Source: the human T2T-CHM13v2.0 reference genome, Homo sapiens. From it: a stretch of 64,000 nucleotides of DNA. The stretch lies in the NCBI RefSeq assembly GCF_009914755.1, contig NC_060925.1; one strand, given 5' to 3'. The position numbers were made by a program, and so were the translations under genes. Of the stretch, positions 14,506 to 26,580 are shown piece after piece (position 1 is the stretch's first letter; each line of letters begins with the position of its first letter). The notes under the pieces are model-generated. The model saw only the letters and a program-made list of their open reading frames with translations. It was not told the DNA's origin and did no database searches.

Positions 14506-15649
14506 TTGTTATTTTTACTACCACTAGTATCAATGTGTATTAATAATATGTGGCCCTTCTCACACCACGCTGTACAGCCCCAGGACTCTTGGTATTCTGA
14601 CTTGGCTAAGAGGCGTCCTTTTTCTGAATAGACTGTTGACCACATGTAGAAGGAAGGCAGAGAGAGAAATGAATCAAAGGGAAACGGAATATTTTTTCAG
14701 ACATATTAATGTCTCCGAATTACCTTTAAGTAAATGAAGGAATTGGGGGTATAAAAAAATTTCTGGAGCATACATGTATAAAGGTTCACGGCATGCCGAA
14801 AGACAAAGTCAAAGGAGCATTCATAATGGAGCTGGCATCCTTTTGCTTCAAAATGAGAAAAAATCACACGATCAGCTGCAGTTAGACTTAAGGAAAAAAG
14901 CTGTCTGTTAATTCAATCTCATTCGCAGGACAGGCCTCCAGGACACTTCATTTTTCCCCCTGGGTGGAGCCGTGGCCAGCCGGGGGCTCCACGGAGTGAA
15001 TAGGAGGCGGCTCAGGCTTCCTGGCTCGCGTGGGCGCCAGAAAGCGGAACCTCCCGGGCCAGTCGCGCGGTGGTCACCCTCTTGGGAGCTGGGGAGGAGG
15101 CTGCGGAGGCTGGCCCGGCTCCTTCGGGCGTCGCTTCCCGGACCGGGTGCGCGGGGTCCCCCGGAACGTGTGTTCCAGGTCCTCCCGCGCCAGTGTTCGC
15201 AGTCCCCGCCTGGTCGCGGCGGCGCCTCGGGCGCGGGTGCAGGCGCGCGGCGCGCAGGCGGGGGGCGCTGTGGTCTTGGCGCGGGGACCGAGCCGCTCGG
15301 CCAGACCCGCCTCTTTTCCCTCCCCGCCAGCCCGCCCGCCTGCCCGCCCCCCACGCGTCGTGTCGCCGGGAAGCCGGGCGGAGACAGAGCGCTTGGGATC
15401 CACGGCGCTCGGACCGCTGTCCTCCAACAGCGCAGGGCAGAGCGGCTGGCGCCGCCGGAGCGCGGAGCCACGACCCTCCCTGGCCGCCTTTGTCTACTGG
15501 CCGTGCGGCCCGGAACCGCCACTCTCCAGGGCCGGGGACGCGCCCGCAGCTGTCGGTGACAGCTCCTCCCTACCGCAACCCTCCGGGGCGGAGGGGCGGT
15601 CGGGCCGGGCCCTGCTAGCCCGCGACCGCAAGCCCGCGCTCGCGGATCG

Positions 15650-15911
15650 ATGCCCCCGCAGCAGGGGGACCCCGCGTTCCCCGACCGCTGCGAGGCGCCT
15701 CCGGTGCCGCCGCGTCGGGAGCGCGGTGGACGCGGGGGACGCGGGCCTGGGGAGCCGGGGGGCCGGGGGCGTGCGGGGGGTGCCGAGGGGCGCGGCGTCA
15801 AGTGCGTGCTGGTCGGCGACGGCGCGGTGGGCAAGACGAGCCTGGTGGTGAGCTACACCACCAACGGCTACCCCACCGAGTACATCCCTACTGCCTTCGA
15901 CAACTTCTCCG
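15650..15911 (+). CDS. RHOU: RHOU coding exon 1 (codons 1-87 plus 1 nt): N-terminal proline/RG-rich extension, P-loop and switch I
   Basis: [27 protein letters not shown]...[37 protein letters not shown] has the Rho G1 (GDGAVGKT) and effector motifs; donor CCG|GTGAGC at 15911/15912. Confidence 0.98.
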
Positions 15912-16167
15912 GTGAGCTGGCCGGGGGGCCGGGGCCGGGGGCGCGTGGCCGCGGTCCACCCAGGGGAAGGAAGGTGGCGCGAGGGTCGCGAGGTTCCCAA
16001 GGGGGCTGCAGGGCCCCGGGCGCGGCTCCAGCTGGGAAGCCGGACAAATGAGGAGTGCAGGACGTTTCCTGAGTCTCAGGGACCGGGCAAGCGCGGAGCT
16101 AACACGAAAGGACCACGGCGGAGTGGGCTTGGAGAGAGGAGGGCGGAGCGGCAGTCAGAGCCTTGCC

Positions 16168-16191
16168 AAAAAAAAAAAAAAAAAAAAAAAA
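16168..16191 (+). repeat. A24 mononucleotide tract
   Basis: 24 consecutive A in intron 1, with no adjacent Alu body. Confidence 0.97.
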
Positions 16192-17583
16192 TCTCACAAT
16201 TTAAGCAACAGATAAGTAGGAGTGAAACAGGTTGAGTTCAGGGTGCCCGGTCAGTTTGTTGCATAGAGCAAAGTTTCCTGAGGGCGACGTCGCTGGCGCC
16301 GCTGCAGAGTTTCAATCAGAAGGTGACGCGCAGGTGCCTTTACCTGAGCGTCGCTCCTTTGCTTTTAGGCGGCTCAGCTCACAAGGGGCGTCTCCGCTTT
16401 AAAGAGCCGCGGAGACGCCGGGAAAACACTTGATTTAGTGAAAAAGCGCGAGCGGCCCTCGTGAAGGCTTAGGTTTGGATGAAACCTGAAGAGTAAACAC
16501 CATTTCTTTCTTCTGAGCCCCACCACCTTCCCTGCCCACATGGGCTCGGATTCTGATTGTTGGTATCTTTTCAGGATCCCTTTAAGCTACTTAAAGCTCC
16601 TATGTACCGGGTGCGATGCCATTTCCCTTGGTAGATACAAAGAGAAAGGAATTCTCTATCTTGCTGTTCAGGTCTTTTTGAAATTTAAGAAAAAGTTAAA
16701 ATTCACAGAAACTAGTATGAAACACTTAACTGTCTTGCTTCTTTAAAAAAAAATTGCTTCTCTGACCTTCCTTTCATCCCAAAGGTACCTTAGAGAAATG
16801 GGTGCTGTACTGGTGGGTTCCCACCGCAGGGTATTGTTTCTTCCCCTCCCCCCACCCCACCCCTGCAGCTGACTAGTATAAATATTTAGAAACAATTAGA
16901 AAGTTGTGTAGAAAGAGACAAAACTGACTGCTTAATTAAAATAGAAACCTCCACAACATGTCCTGCTGCAGGCCTCTCCACACTCCCCGAGTCCCCGGAT
17001 CCCAGTGGAAAGGGGGCCATGGCTTTCTTTTTTCTTTTTTAATCCTCCTTTTGACCTGACATAGAGATAAGGAGTGCCCTCATTTCTTAAACAGGACAAT
17101 GCGGGCAGCCTGTGTTTGCACATGTTCTCAAAACACACTAGAATTGTATGATAAACCCTGAAGTTGGGGAACCTTTCCCAAGGGAAAACAGAATTATTTG
17201 TGAGGTTTTCCACTGATTTAAAACTGCAGGGTTGCTTCCCATTTACCCCCAGTGTTGTTTTTAGGTCCTTTGAAACAAGTGTGACAGGAAAATAAATCTT
17301 CCAGGACTGGGAGAAAAGCATAGGCCTTTTTAGGGTCACCATCAAAGCGTTCAGGGATTTGCTGCCTGGTTCACGGTAATGGAGTGACTTGCCAGCCGTG
17401 GGTTTGTATACAAAAATGCCTCCACAGGGCCTCCTTGTTTTTGGCTAGTCTTTAATTCATTAGAGGACCTAAAATAGGAGCAAAGGGGTTTGGAGTGAGA
17501 ATGATAGTGAAAGCTAAAACTATTAGTATTCCGAAAGGGGTTAAAAGACACCTCCTGATTGTCATTTTGGTTTTGTTTTTAAG

Positions 17584-17642
17584 CGGTGGTGTCTGTGGAT
17601 GGGCGGCCCGTGAGACTCCAACTCTGTGACACTGCCGGACAG
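17584..17642 (+). CDS. RHOU: RHOU coding exon 2 (59 nt; AVVSVDGRPVRLQLCDTAGQ, G3 box, ends at Q107)
   Basis: Acceptor ttttgtttttaag|CG and donor CAG|GTCAGT; phase matches exon 1 (262+59=321 nt=107 codons); DTAGQ motif. Not in the ORF track. Confidence 0.97.
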
Positions 17643-18757
17643 GTCAGTATCACGTTACAGCTCAGTGCTGGGAAAGGAAACAGCCTTTTAAAGATTTCCA
17701 AATAACCTTTGATTCCCTCAGTCAGTAACTGGGTCATTCTAAAGCCTCATGAAGTGGACCCACCCCTGCTGTTGGCCCTTCTCTGAGGGTGGGCAGGGGC
17801 CAGGTATTGGCCGGCAGGAAGCAGAGGAAGATACCTCCAAACTAATAAAGCAGGGTTTGGCCCAGCTCTGCGTAACCAGGCAAGGGAGGAAGCAGTGTCA
17901 AGAACAGCTCTTGTAGGAGTTTCTATTACTTACTCCCTGGTTTTTATGAACAAATTTCAGTGATGCTTTGTCATCATTTCCCAAACTAAGTTAGTGATGT
18001 CTTATAATCGTTTTATTAAAGGCCAGTGAGTCAGATATTGAAGAAATTTGCTCAAGAAAAAGATGGAATTTACATCAGTAAGGGTTAATATTTCCCTTCC
18101 TGAGCTATGGTTTGACTCGCTAGGACCAGCCCCATCACTTGAAGCACAGATACATTTGTCAGAGCAGTCCTAAGCTGGAGGGATGAACTAACTGGGCTTA
18201 TTCTATCCAAATTGTGAACGCTGGTTCTTGTCTCGAGGGCCGGGCCCTTGGAGGAAATAGCCAGGGAGTGTAGGGTTCCCTCTTTGTGTTCCCCAGAGGA
18301 AGCCCCCATTGGTGGGTACTCGAGTCATTGAAGTCAGGCTGTGCCTTGTGAACACCCAGGGGTACTTGATTTTGGCAAAGTGATAGTTAATGAACTTGTC
18401 TCTCTAGTATGTTCTAGAGTTCAGCAAAGTTCCGGGGGTACTTTGTAGGCAGGTGAAAGTGCCCCCTTCACTTTCTGAGGTGCCATCACATGACTATCTG
18501 TGTTTATGAAGGCACTGGCTTTCCACTGCCCCCCAGAGCCTCATCTACGCCAGAGCTTCCAAGTTGCTCACCTACTCTGGGACAGCAGATTCAGAGCTAA
18601 GGACAGATCTTATTTTTTAAACCTGAAGATGACATAAGACCGTGGAGCCTTGATCTTCAAGGAACACCGGGCTGGTGCAGGCCATAGCTTGGGAGCACTT
18701 CAGCTTGGAAAAACCAAGCACTGTCCGTATTGTATTGTCTGTAGAAAACAAAAATCA

Positions 18758-19066
<309 letters not shown>

Positions 19067-19194
19067 TCACTTCTAGCACTGAATCTTTCTGAATGCAATG
19101 GTGATATTTATAATTCAAGCTTCATTTCCTTGTATGAAGTGAGGATGCTTTGTCTACCAGGGGGTCAGGTTTTCTGAGTTTTAAAACATGGCCA

Positions 19195-19485
19195 GCCAGG
19201 CGCGGTTGCTCACGCCTGTAATCCCAGCACTTTGGGAGGCTGAGACGGGTGGATCATGAGGTCAGGAGTTCAAGACCAGCCTGGCCAAGATGGTGAAACC
19301 CCGTCTCTACTAAAAATACAAAAATTAGCTGGGTGTGGTGCCGGGCGCCTGTAATAGCAGCTACTCAGGAGCCTGAGGCAGACAGTTGCTTGAACCTGGG
19401 AGGCGGAGGTTGCAGTGGGCTGAGATCGCGTCACTGCCCTGCAGCCTGGGTGACAGAGAGAGATTCCATCTCAAAAAAAATAAAA
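19195..19485 (+). mobile_element. AluS in RHOU intron 2
   Basis: Full dimer with short A-tail. Confidence 0.93.
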
Positions 19486-21589
19486 CACAGGCAGAGGAAC
19501 ATGTCAGTAAACATAGCCATCGGACCTGCTGAAGTCAGACCCTGAGGATAAGATGGAAGTCAGGAAAATACAGGAAGTCCAAAGGCACAGTTAGCAGGGA
19601 GCCTTACGGGCTGGAGCAGAAGCTCAGTGCACCTACCTGCCCCAGGATGTCACTCAAATATCACTGTCCACTGGGCTCCCCGTAAGTGTTGGCTCTTCAA
19701 GCAGGATGCAGCTTCTTGAGCTGGGGTTTTATGCCCAGTGCCCAGCATAGTGCCTGGCACATAGCAGGGCTTAATCTCGTGGTTTTAGAATGGATGAACC
19801 AGAGAAGGACCAGGTGGTGGGGGTATAAACATAAGTTGTGGGCCTGCCTCTTAATAGACTTACAGTGTGGAGGGAAGACAAATGGAAGCTCGTGAAGGAG
19901 CAAGCAAAGGGAAGAAAAGAGGTTCGGGCTTAGAGGTGCAGGCTGGTTGGGCCTGGCAGGAAAACCTCTGAGCAGAGTTTTGAAAGACAAATAGGAATTT
20001 TACCAGAAGAACTTTGCATAAATGACTGAATCATCAAGGAAGAGTTAAATTGTTCCTGTTTAAAAATCAGGGAAGCACAAGCATCACTTTAGTAGTATTT
20101 TTGCACAAAAAAGTTTATAATTAGGGAAAAACGAAGGTTTTGGTGCTACATTTGTAAGTTTCAGTTTATTTGAAAATTATTCTTCTGGCCTCTTAGCAAT
20201 ATTTTCAATGAGATTTACTGTATTTCTTAACCTTTGTGTACTGGTTAGAAGAGTATACCCAATTAAATAATGAATAAGACCACTATCTAAAAATTTGTAG
20301 ACTTTTAGAACCAACTTCAAAACTTTTGAAGAAGAACCATCTTCAAAAACTATGAAAAATACGCTGCTGGTAAGATAAGTCAGTTGTTTTTGTTTTTGTT
20401 TTCCTGATCCCCCATTTATAAATTAGTCTTTGTTTAGACTACTAGCCAAGCTGGTCAAAGTGGCAGTTCTTTTCTACTCTCCCTAGTCCTGATCTGATAA
20501 AATACATTTTAGGGGACTTGCTGTGATACCTGCCAAGTTTCCTTATGGAGGAAGGAACACATACCTCTTCTAGGCAGTTGACATAAGAGCCTTGAGGGTT
20601 AAGTGACTCCACTGACCTCCACTTCAGATGCCTGGAGAATCAACGTGAGCACAGATAGGCTAGAACTTGGGGATGTGGAGCTGGAGTGTGGGTTTCCCAC
20701 AGAAGTTGATGGGAGCAGAGTATGGATGGCTCTACATGCTGAAGAAATCACTTCTTGTACTTTGGCTTTTCTTGTTAGGGAGGGTAGGCGAGTCTATAAG
20801 ATGTCAAAAGGAGTTTTTAACACTGGTCTTACATCACTCAAGGGCAGATTGATCAGAGACAGACTGGAGGCTTGAAAAAACATACCTTTGGCATAAGAGA
20901 AAAAAGTATTGCGGAAATAGGAGTAGTTCACTGGAGAGTTGCCAATAGAAGCTGAAAATTCTTCAGCCTTTTGACCCATAAAGTACTTGGAAAAATCTTA
21001 TACTGAAAAAAAAAAATCAAGTTGCAGCTAGACCAGAGGGATGTAGAATCCAGTCTCGTCTCTCTGCCCCGCCAACCCTGATCAGACTTCTGTGCAGTGT
21101 CCGTACCACAGACCTGGCAAGCACATGCAAATTGCTTGGCCTCAGAACGCCTTTTCTTAAGGGTGCATTCCAGTTGTCCTCATTGCACGTGTGTATTGCA
21201 TTATTTCTAAGATTTCAGGTCAGGCACTGAGCAGGAGGGTCTAATTTCTGTTTTATTTCTCAAGCCCCTTAGCCAGAATCTCAAGAGATCTGGGGAGATA
21301 GCTTTCCAAAGCCCCCTCAGAAGTCCCAGCCCTTGTGCTTGCCTTTATTTTTCTCAGTAATGCAACCCCAGATACCAGGGCATGGCCAGGGGTGCAGCTA
21401 CCTGAGGGGGCTGCCTTAATACTGGTCTCAGTTTTATGCTTCTTTCTTTGAGGCCCTCTAAGAACAGAGGGAGCATTCCATTAAAAGATCTTCATGACTG
21501 AGCCATAGTCTACCTGGCTGTGTTTCTGTGTTTATTTATTCATCACAAAGTTGGCATGAAGAAACTTAAGTCATTATTTTTCTTTTTAA

Positions 21590-21720
21590 AAATTTTTTTT
21601 AGAGAGCAGGGTCTTGGTATGTCACCCAGGCTGGTCTCAAACTCCAGGGCTCAAGTGATCCCCCTGCCTCAGCTTCCCAAGTAACTGTGACTATAGGCAC
21701 GTGCCACCACATTTGGCTAA
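21590..21720 (-). mobile_element. FLAM monomer in RHOU intron 2
   Basis: cagggtcttggtatgtcacccaggctggtctcaaactcc..gtgccaccac. Confidence 0.8.
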
Positions 21721-23195
21721 GTCATACTTTTTCAACTTTCGCTTACAGAAGCCTCACAAGTGACATTCTGAAATACCACATTGATTGCTGAGCATTTTAG
21801 CTGGTTGACTTTAATGTGATTAGTTGGTTGGCTGTCGTCCCGTAATTGAAACATGGGGCCTCAAATGAAGAAAGTACATTCAAATAAGTTACAGGTTTCT
21901 TTTATACCAAGAGAAAAAAGCCACGGATGGAGTATAATGTGATGTAAATGGTACTTGGTAAATAATCGGAGTGTGTCAATTGAGTAATGAAAAACATGAA
22001 TGGCGTTGAACTTTTTCTTGTCATTGGGAAATTATTTATACCTGAGGATGGTTGGCACCAACAGATATACATTTTACATAGGAAAGAGTAAATATTTTTC
22101 TACAAAAGAGTTGAGCAAAAGTTGTCAGTTAGCTGAATATGGTGCTACAGGGAACTATAGGATGTTTTCTGTAAAGAAATGGTAATTTGGAGAACAACAT
22201 CTGTCTGTTCACAGCCAAATCCCCTCGCCTGCCACTGTGCCTTGAGTGTAGGTGATGTTCAGTGTGTCTGTTAAATGGATGACCACGGGAGAGCATTGGC
22301 AGCACAACCGTTGGTTTATTTGTAATCAACTCTAACTTATTCTATCCACTTCTCTATACTTTAAGGGTAGGGTGGGCGTGCCTATTCTCCAGTTCTTATC
22401 TGTCCAAAGCACTGTACATGGAGGCCATGGGTACTGGCCAGGATAAAGGAAGTAGGAGAAAATGAAGGAAGGAGGGAGGAAGAGAAGATACAGCCAGAAT
22501 GAGGATGTATTAACTAGTGTCTGTAAGTGGCACTGAGCAGCACAAGTTTTCTGAGTCACGATGACAATGGACTGACAAAGGTCCTCAACTCCATTTCTGG
22601 TCTGGCCTTGAGTCTGATTAGCATTACTCTGCGTTGCTGTGCATAGTGTGGGCAGAGCGTGTGCACAGTGCAGATGGGATGAAGTCGGCATCACTCAGAG
22701 CTGTTGGGAAAGGCAGGGCTGGATTGGTAAAGAGAGGAGCTGTGTTCGTAGACTGGGTTTGAGTGGGAGTCTTGAGGATCAATATGGGTGTGGTCTGAAT
22801 TTTAGAAGAGTAGCTAAGTACCAAGAGTTGAGAGTAGGTTTGGGTTACACTCAGCTGAAGGCTTAAGTCCATTTTATTTCTAGAACCCACCTACTTTGAG
22901 CACTTTTTCTATGTTAAGCTGTAAGTAGGTCTTGAGTGTCGATGAACACGTTGAACATGTTTGGCAGTGTTCAGACCATAGCTGGCCCTGAAAGCAGACG
23001 GCTGCCACACCTTCGCTGGTGCACTGGCCCCGCTTGGGTAAACAGTAGGATCGTTTCAAGGATGCTGGCTCTTCCTTCTAGAACCAGCGGGTCTTCTATC
23101 ACCTGCCAGACCCTTTCATGAAAAATGTGAAGGTGATCTTTTTACTGATGAGAATTCATGAAAACATAACTTTTGGGTACTTTGCTTGGTTGCAG

Positions 23196-23651
23196 GATGA
23201 ATTTGACAAGCTGAGGCCTCTCTGCTACACCAACACAGACATCTTCCTGCTCTGCTTCAGTGTCGTGAGCCCCTCATCCTTCCAGAACGTCAGTGAGAAA
23301 TGGGTGCCGGAGATTCGATGCCACTGTCCCAAAGCCCCCATCATCCTAGTTGGAACGCAGTCGGATCTCAGAGAAGATGTCAAAGTCCTCATTGAGTTGG
23401 ACAAATGCAAAGAAAAGCCAGTGCCTGAAGAGGCGGCTAAGCTGTGCGCCGAGGAAATCAAAGCCGCCTCCTACATCGAGTGTTCAGCCTTGACTCAAAA
23501 AAACCTCAAAGAGGTCTTTGATGCAGCCATCGTCGCTGGCATTCAATACTCGGACACTCAGCAACAGCCAAAGAAGTCTAAAAGCAGGACTCCAGATAAA
23601 ATGAAAAACCTCTCCAAGTCCTGGTGGAAGAAGTACTGCTGTTTCGTATGA
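23196..23651 (+). CDS. RHOU: RHOU coding exon 3 (DEFDKLRPL...WWKKYCCFV*)
   Basis: Acceptor ttgcag|GAT, phase 0; GTQSDLR (G4) and ECSAL (G5) motifs; spliced total 258 aa with CCFV terminus, as known for RhoU. Confidence 0.98.
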
Positions 23652-26580
23652 TGCTGGCAAGACACCCAGAAAGGCTATTTTCAGATGAAATCGATATTAG
23701 AAGCTATATTAGCTGAAACAACTCCTTTTACTGCGTAGAACCTATATCGAGAGTGTGTGTATATGTATTATAGGAGGAGCTCTCAATTTTATGTATTCTT
23801 TCTGCCTTTAATTTTCTTGTTTGTTTGAGCTTAGGGATGAGATACTTATGCAAGATATTTTTGAAGTAAATTAAACATTTTTCACATCTCTGGAAATTTA
23901 GAGTTCTAGACCTCTGGTTAATTTATATCTAATATGAAGAAGACACCTCTAATCTGGATGTTAAGAATGAAGTTCTGCTACATTATAATGTACAGAAGAG
24001 CAAAAGGGAGGAACACTATGGTTAACCCTCTCTTGATTAAGGGCTACTTAATGCACAGTGCATTATGTACACAGGTCAACCATGGTAACAATAGTTCTTA
24101 GCTTTGAAACTCCATGCAAACCATGCCTTTTTTTTAAGGAGCAAAAATCTGAGAAAAAAAGTGAGAGACCTCTGCCTACAAAACCTCAAACCAGTCACTT
24201 TTGTCAATTGCTAATACCCAGTTACTTATGATTTAAAAACAACCAACAGAAAACATCCCACTGACTGTATGGCACTCTGTAGTCAAAAAAGGAAACTTCC
24301 TTATTGGGACTTTTCTTTCTTAGTCCAGTTGTGTTGACACATATGAACACAGACAAAGTGCTATGCGGAGGAAAGCAAGTGTTGGTCAGTAGTTTCATGT
24401 TTTAGGGAGTGGTTCCTGTGGAGATCAGAAAGTGACATTTGCTTTCGGTACTGTAATACGTGCACCAAACTGCCTCAATCCTAGGTAACGAGGGCAACAG
24501 GGAGCACCTGTCTGGATTGTTTTTAAACCTCCATACTCAAGCTGTCTCTTCGGCAGGGAGGTGAATACTCTTGAAAGGCCAACAGCAAGTGTTTGTGGGA
24601 CACAACACAGATAATTTTTTCTTAAGTCGGCCAAGATGTACTTCTCTGTGTGCACACCCATGCACACTCATGCACACAGATACATAGGTCTGTATGGCTG
24701 TATTTGCTGTTGATTCAGACTTTCACACCATTAATGGGGAAAAGCGTGGCCACAAAAACAGATGCTAGGAAGCTTGGCTTCCTCTTCTTGTTGACCCTTT
24801 TTTGAACCAACATCTTTTTTATTATATTCAGAGTATGTTTTTAAGTGTATCTTAATATATACATTTTTTAGGACATCTTAAATCTAAACAAAAAATAAAA
24901 TGAACATCTCTTGAAACCTGTTAAAACAACCAGTTAAAGCCACAGATGGCTTTCAGGGCAGTAGCAGCAGAGGCCAGTGGACTCTGAGGACTCCTGAGGG
25001 GCGGGGCGTGTAGCCAGCCAGGTGCATGCCGGGACCATGGCCCCCATACTTGGCTGCTTCCTGTGACAGTGAAATACATCCTTCAAGGTGGCAGCTGTTA
25101 GGGCTGAATCTTCTGGAGAAAAAGGTGCCATCTCAGGAGAATAGCTTTTACTCTGGTAGGAATGCTTCCGAGACACCACAAGGCAGCCTGAACACTCAGT
25201 TGCAGGGTCGGGCTTGCGGTGGGTGACCCAGAGCCACCAAAGTCACATCCACAACTAATGAGGGAAATCTGTAAAGCCAGTTAGATAGAAGAGTTTTATT
25301 TTTCTGTGGGTTTTGTGTTGTCTTTTTTATGTTAAAAAGAAATCCAGTTTGTGTTTTTCTATAGAAAAAGTAAAAGATCAGGTTATACTTTAGGTTAGGG
25401 GTTCTATTTATTCCTGTTAGTAAATAAAATTAACAAATTTCTTTGTTTAACAAAAGATTAATCTTTAAACCACTAAAATACATAGACTGATTGATTATTC
25501 AACACATTGGAATTGATGTCGGTCATAGTTTCCTGAAGCATTTAGTTACAACCTGAAGGAATAAAATGATTTGTGGAAATGCTTAAAATAGACCTAACTG
25601 AATACAGTCTCATCTTGCCGCGCCTGGCTTACCTATCTGTGGAAAGCTAGGCTTCCCAGGCTGGGCTCTGCCTGTCTGGTGCCTGGAGGTGTGGGAGGGA
25701 AGATGAGTTATTTAACTGGTAAGCGATTTGAAACACTATTTTTATATTAAAGTAAATGGCATGGAGTATAGTGCAAATTCATTTTTAAGATAGAACACAA
25801 AACTTGAAAGAAGTTTTATGCGTGTGACAGTGTATGGGGCTGCAGTTGGTCTCCCTGGAGGGGACTTCCACACCTCCTGCCTTTAGGCCATGGGTGGAAA
25901 GTGCTCAGTGAAGTACACCTGTGTGGCCCAGTTCTGAAAGCTTTATACAGTTGAATTTTAAGTGGGGTTGATAACACCTTGGACTGTTAGTGTTAAAAAT
26001 CTAGTGGGTTGACCTTTAAATGCAACAGTTTTTAAAATATATTGCTGCATTTTATAGAATAGTAAAGGTACGATTATACTTGAGATTTTCCTCCATTTTT
26101 ATTTCTTCGTGAACATAGAGTTTGGGGCCGAAAATGTTTTTAAAGTATGTGTTTGAGTTAAATATAAAGTTGGTTCACTTCAAAGCTAAAAAATTGTTAA
26201 ACTTGCAGCTTGGTATTGCAGAGAAGATTTTATAAGAATTTTGCTTTAGAGAATGCCACTTTGGCTGAACTACAAGTGTAGGCCACCATTATAATTTATA
26301 AATACAGCATACTTCAAAACTGTTTGTTATCTCTTGTTACCATGTATGTATAAATGGACCTTTTATAACCTTGTTCTCTGCTTGACAGACTCAAGAGAAA
26401 CTACCCAGGTATTACACAAGCCAAAATGGGAGCAAGGCCTTCTCTCCAGACTATCGTAACCTGGTGCCTTACCAAGTTGTGCTTTTCTGTTTTCAAGTGT
26501 AAATGATGTTGAGCAGAATGTTGTACTTGAAAATGCTATAAGTGAGATGGTATGAAATAAATTCTGACTTATGAATATAA
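23652..26580 (+). other. RHOU: RHOU 3' UTR (~2.9 kb; end approximate)
   Basis: Follows stop codon; AT-rich and free of obvious interspersed repeats; ends after AATAAA 26556-26561. Confidence 0.8.
26556..26561 (+). terminator. Probable main polyadenylation signal of RHOU
   Basis: AATAAA with upstream TGTA elements and a U-rich tract (tggctcttgccttttct) about 20 nt downstream. Confidence 0.75.

Larger units (their letters stand above)
14965..16460. promoter_or_regulatory. CpG-island promoter of RHOU (5' UTR, exon 1, start of intron 1)
   Basis: Very high GC and CpG density, multiple GC boxes (GGGGCGG, CCCGCCC), no clear TATA box; exact TSS not determinable. Confidence 0.92.

Noticed and set aside
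15912-16051. Read-through of exon 1 ORF into intron 1 (133 aa)
   Set aside because: Canonical donor at 15912 and in-phase exon 2 explain the real structure
14908-16235. Overlapping 100-300 aa Arg/Pro/Gly-rich ORFs around exon 1
   Set aside because: Expected in a CpG island; mostly non-ATG starts and no domain similarity. The upstream ORF in the RHOU frame stops at 15559, and 15560-15649 has no in-frame near-cognate start
23118-23195. In-frame intronic ATGs extending exon 3 to a 177-aa ORF
   Set aside because: Only 26 open codons, weak Kozak contexts, lies over the exon 3 acceptor, no promoter evidence, and the product would lack G1-G3
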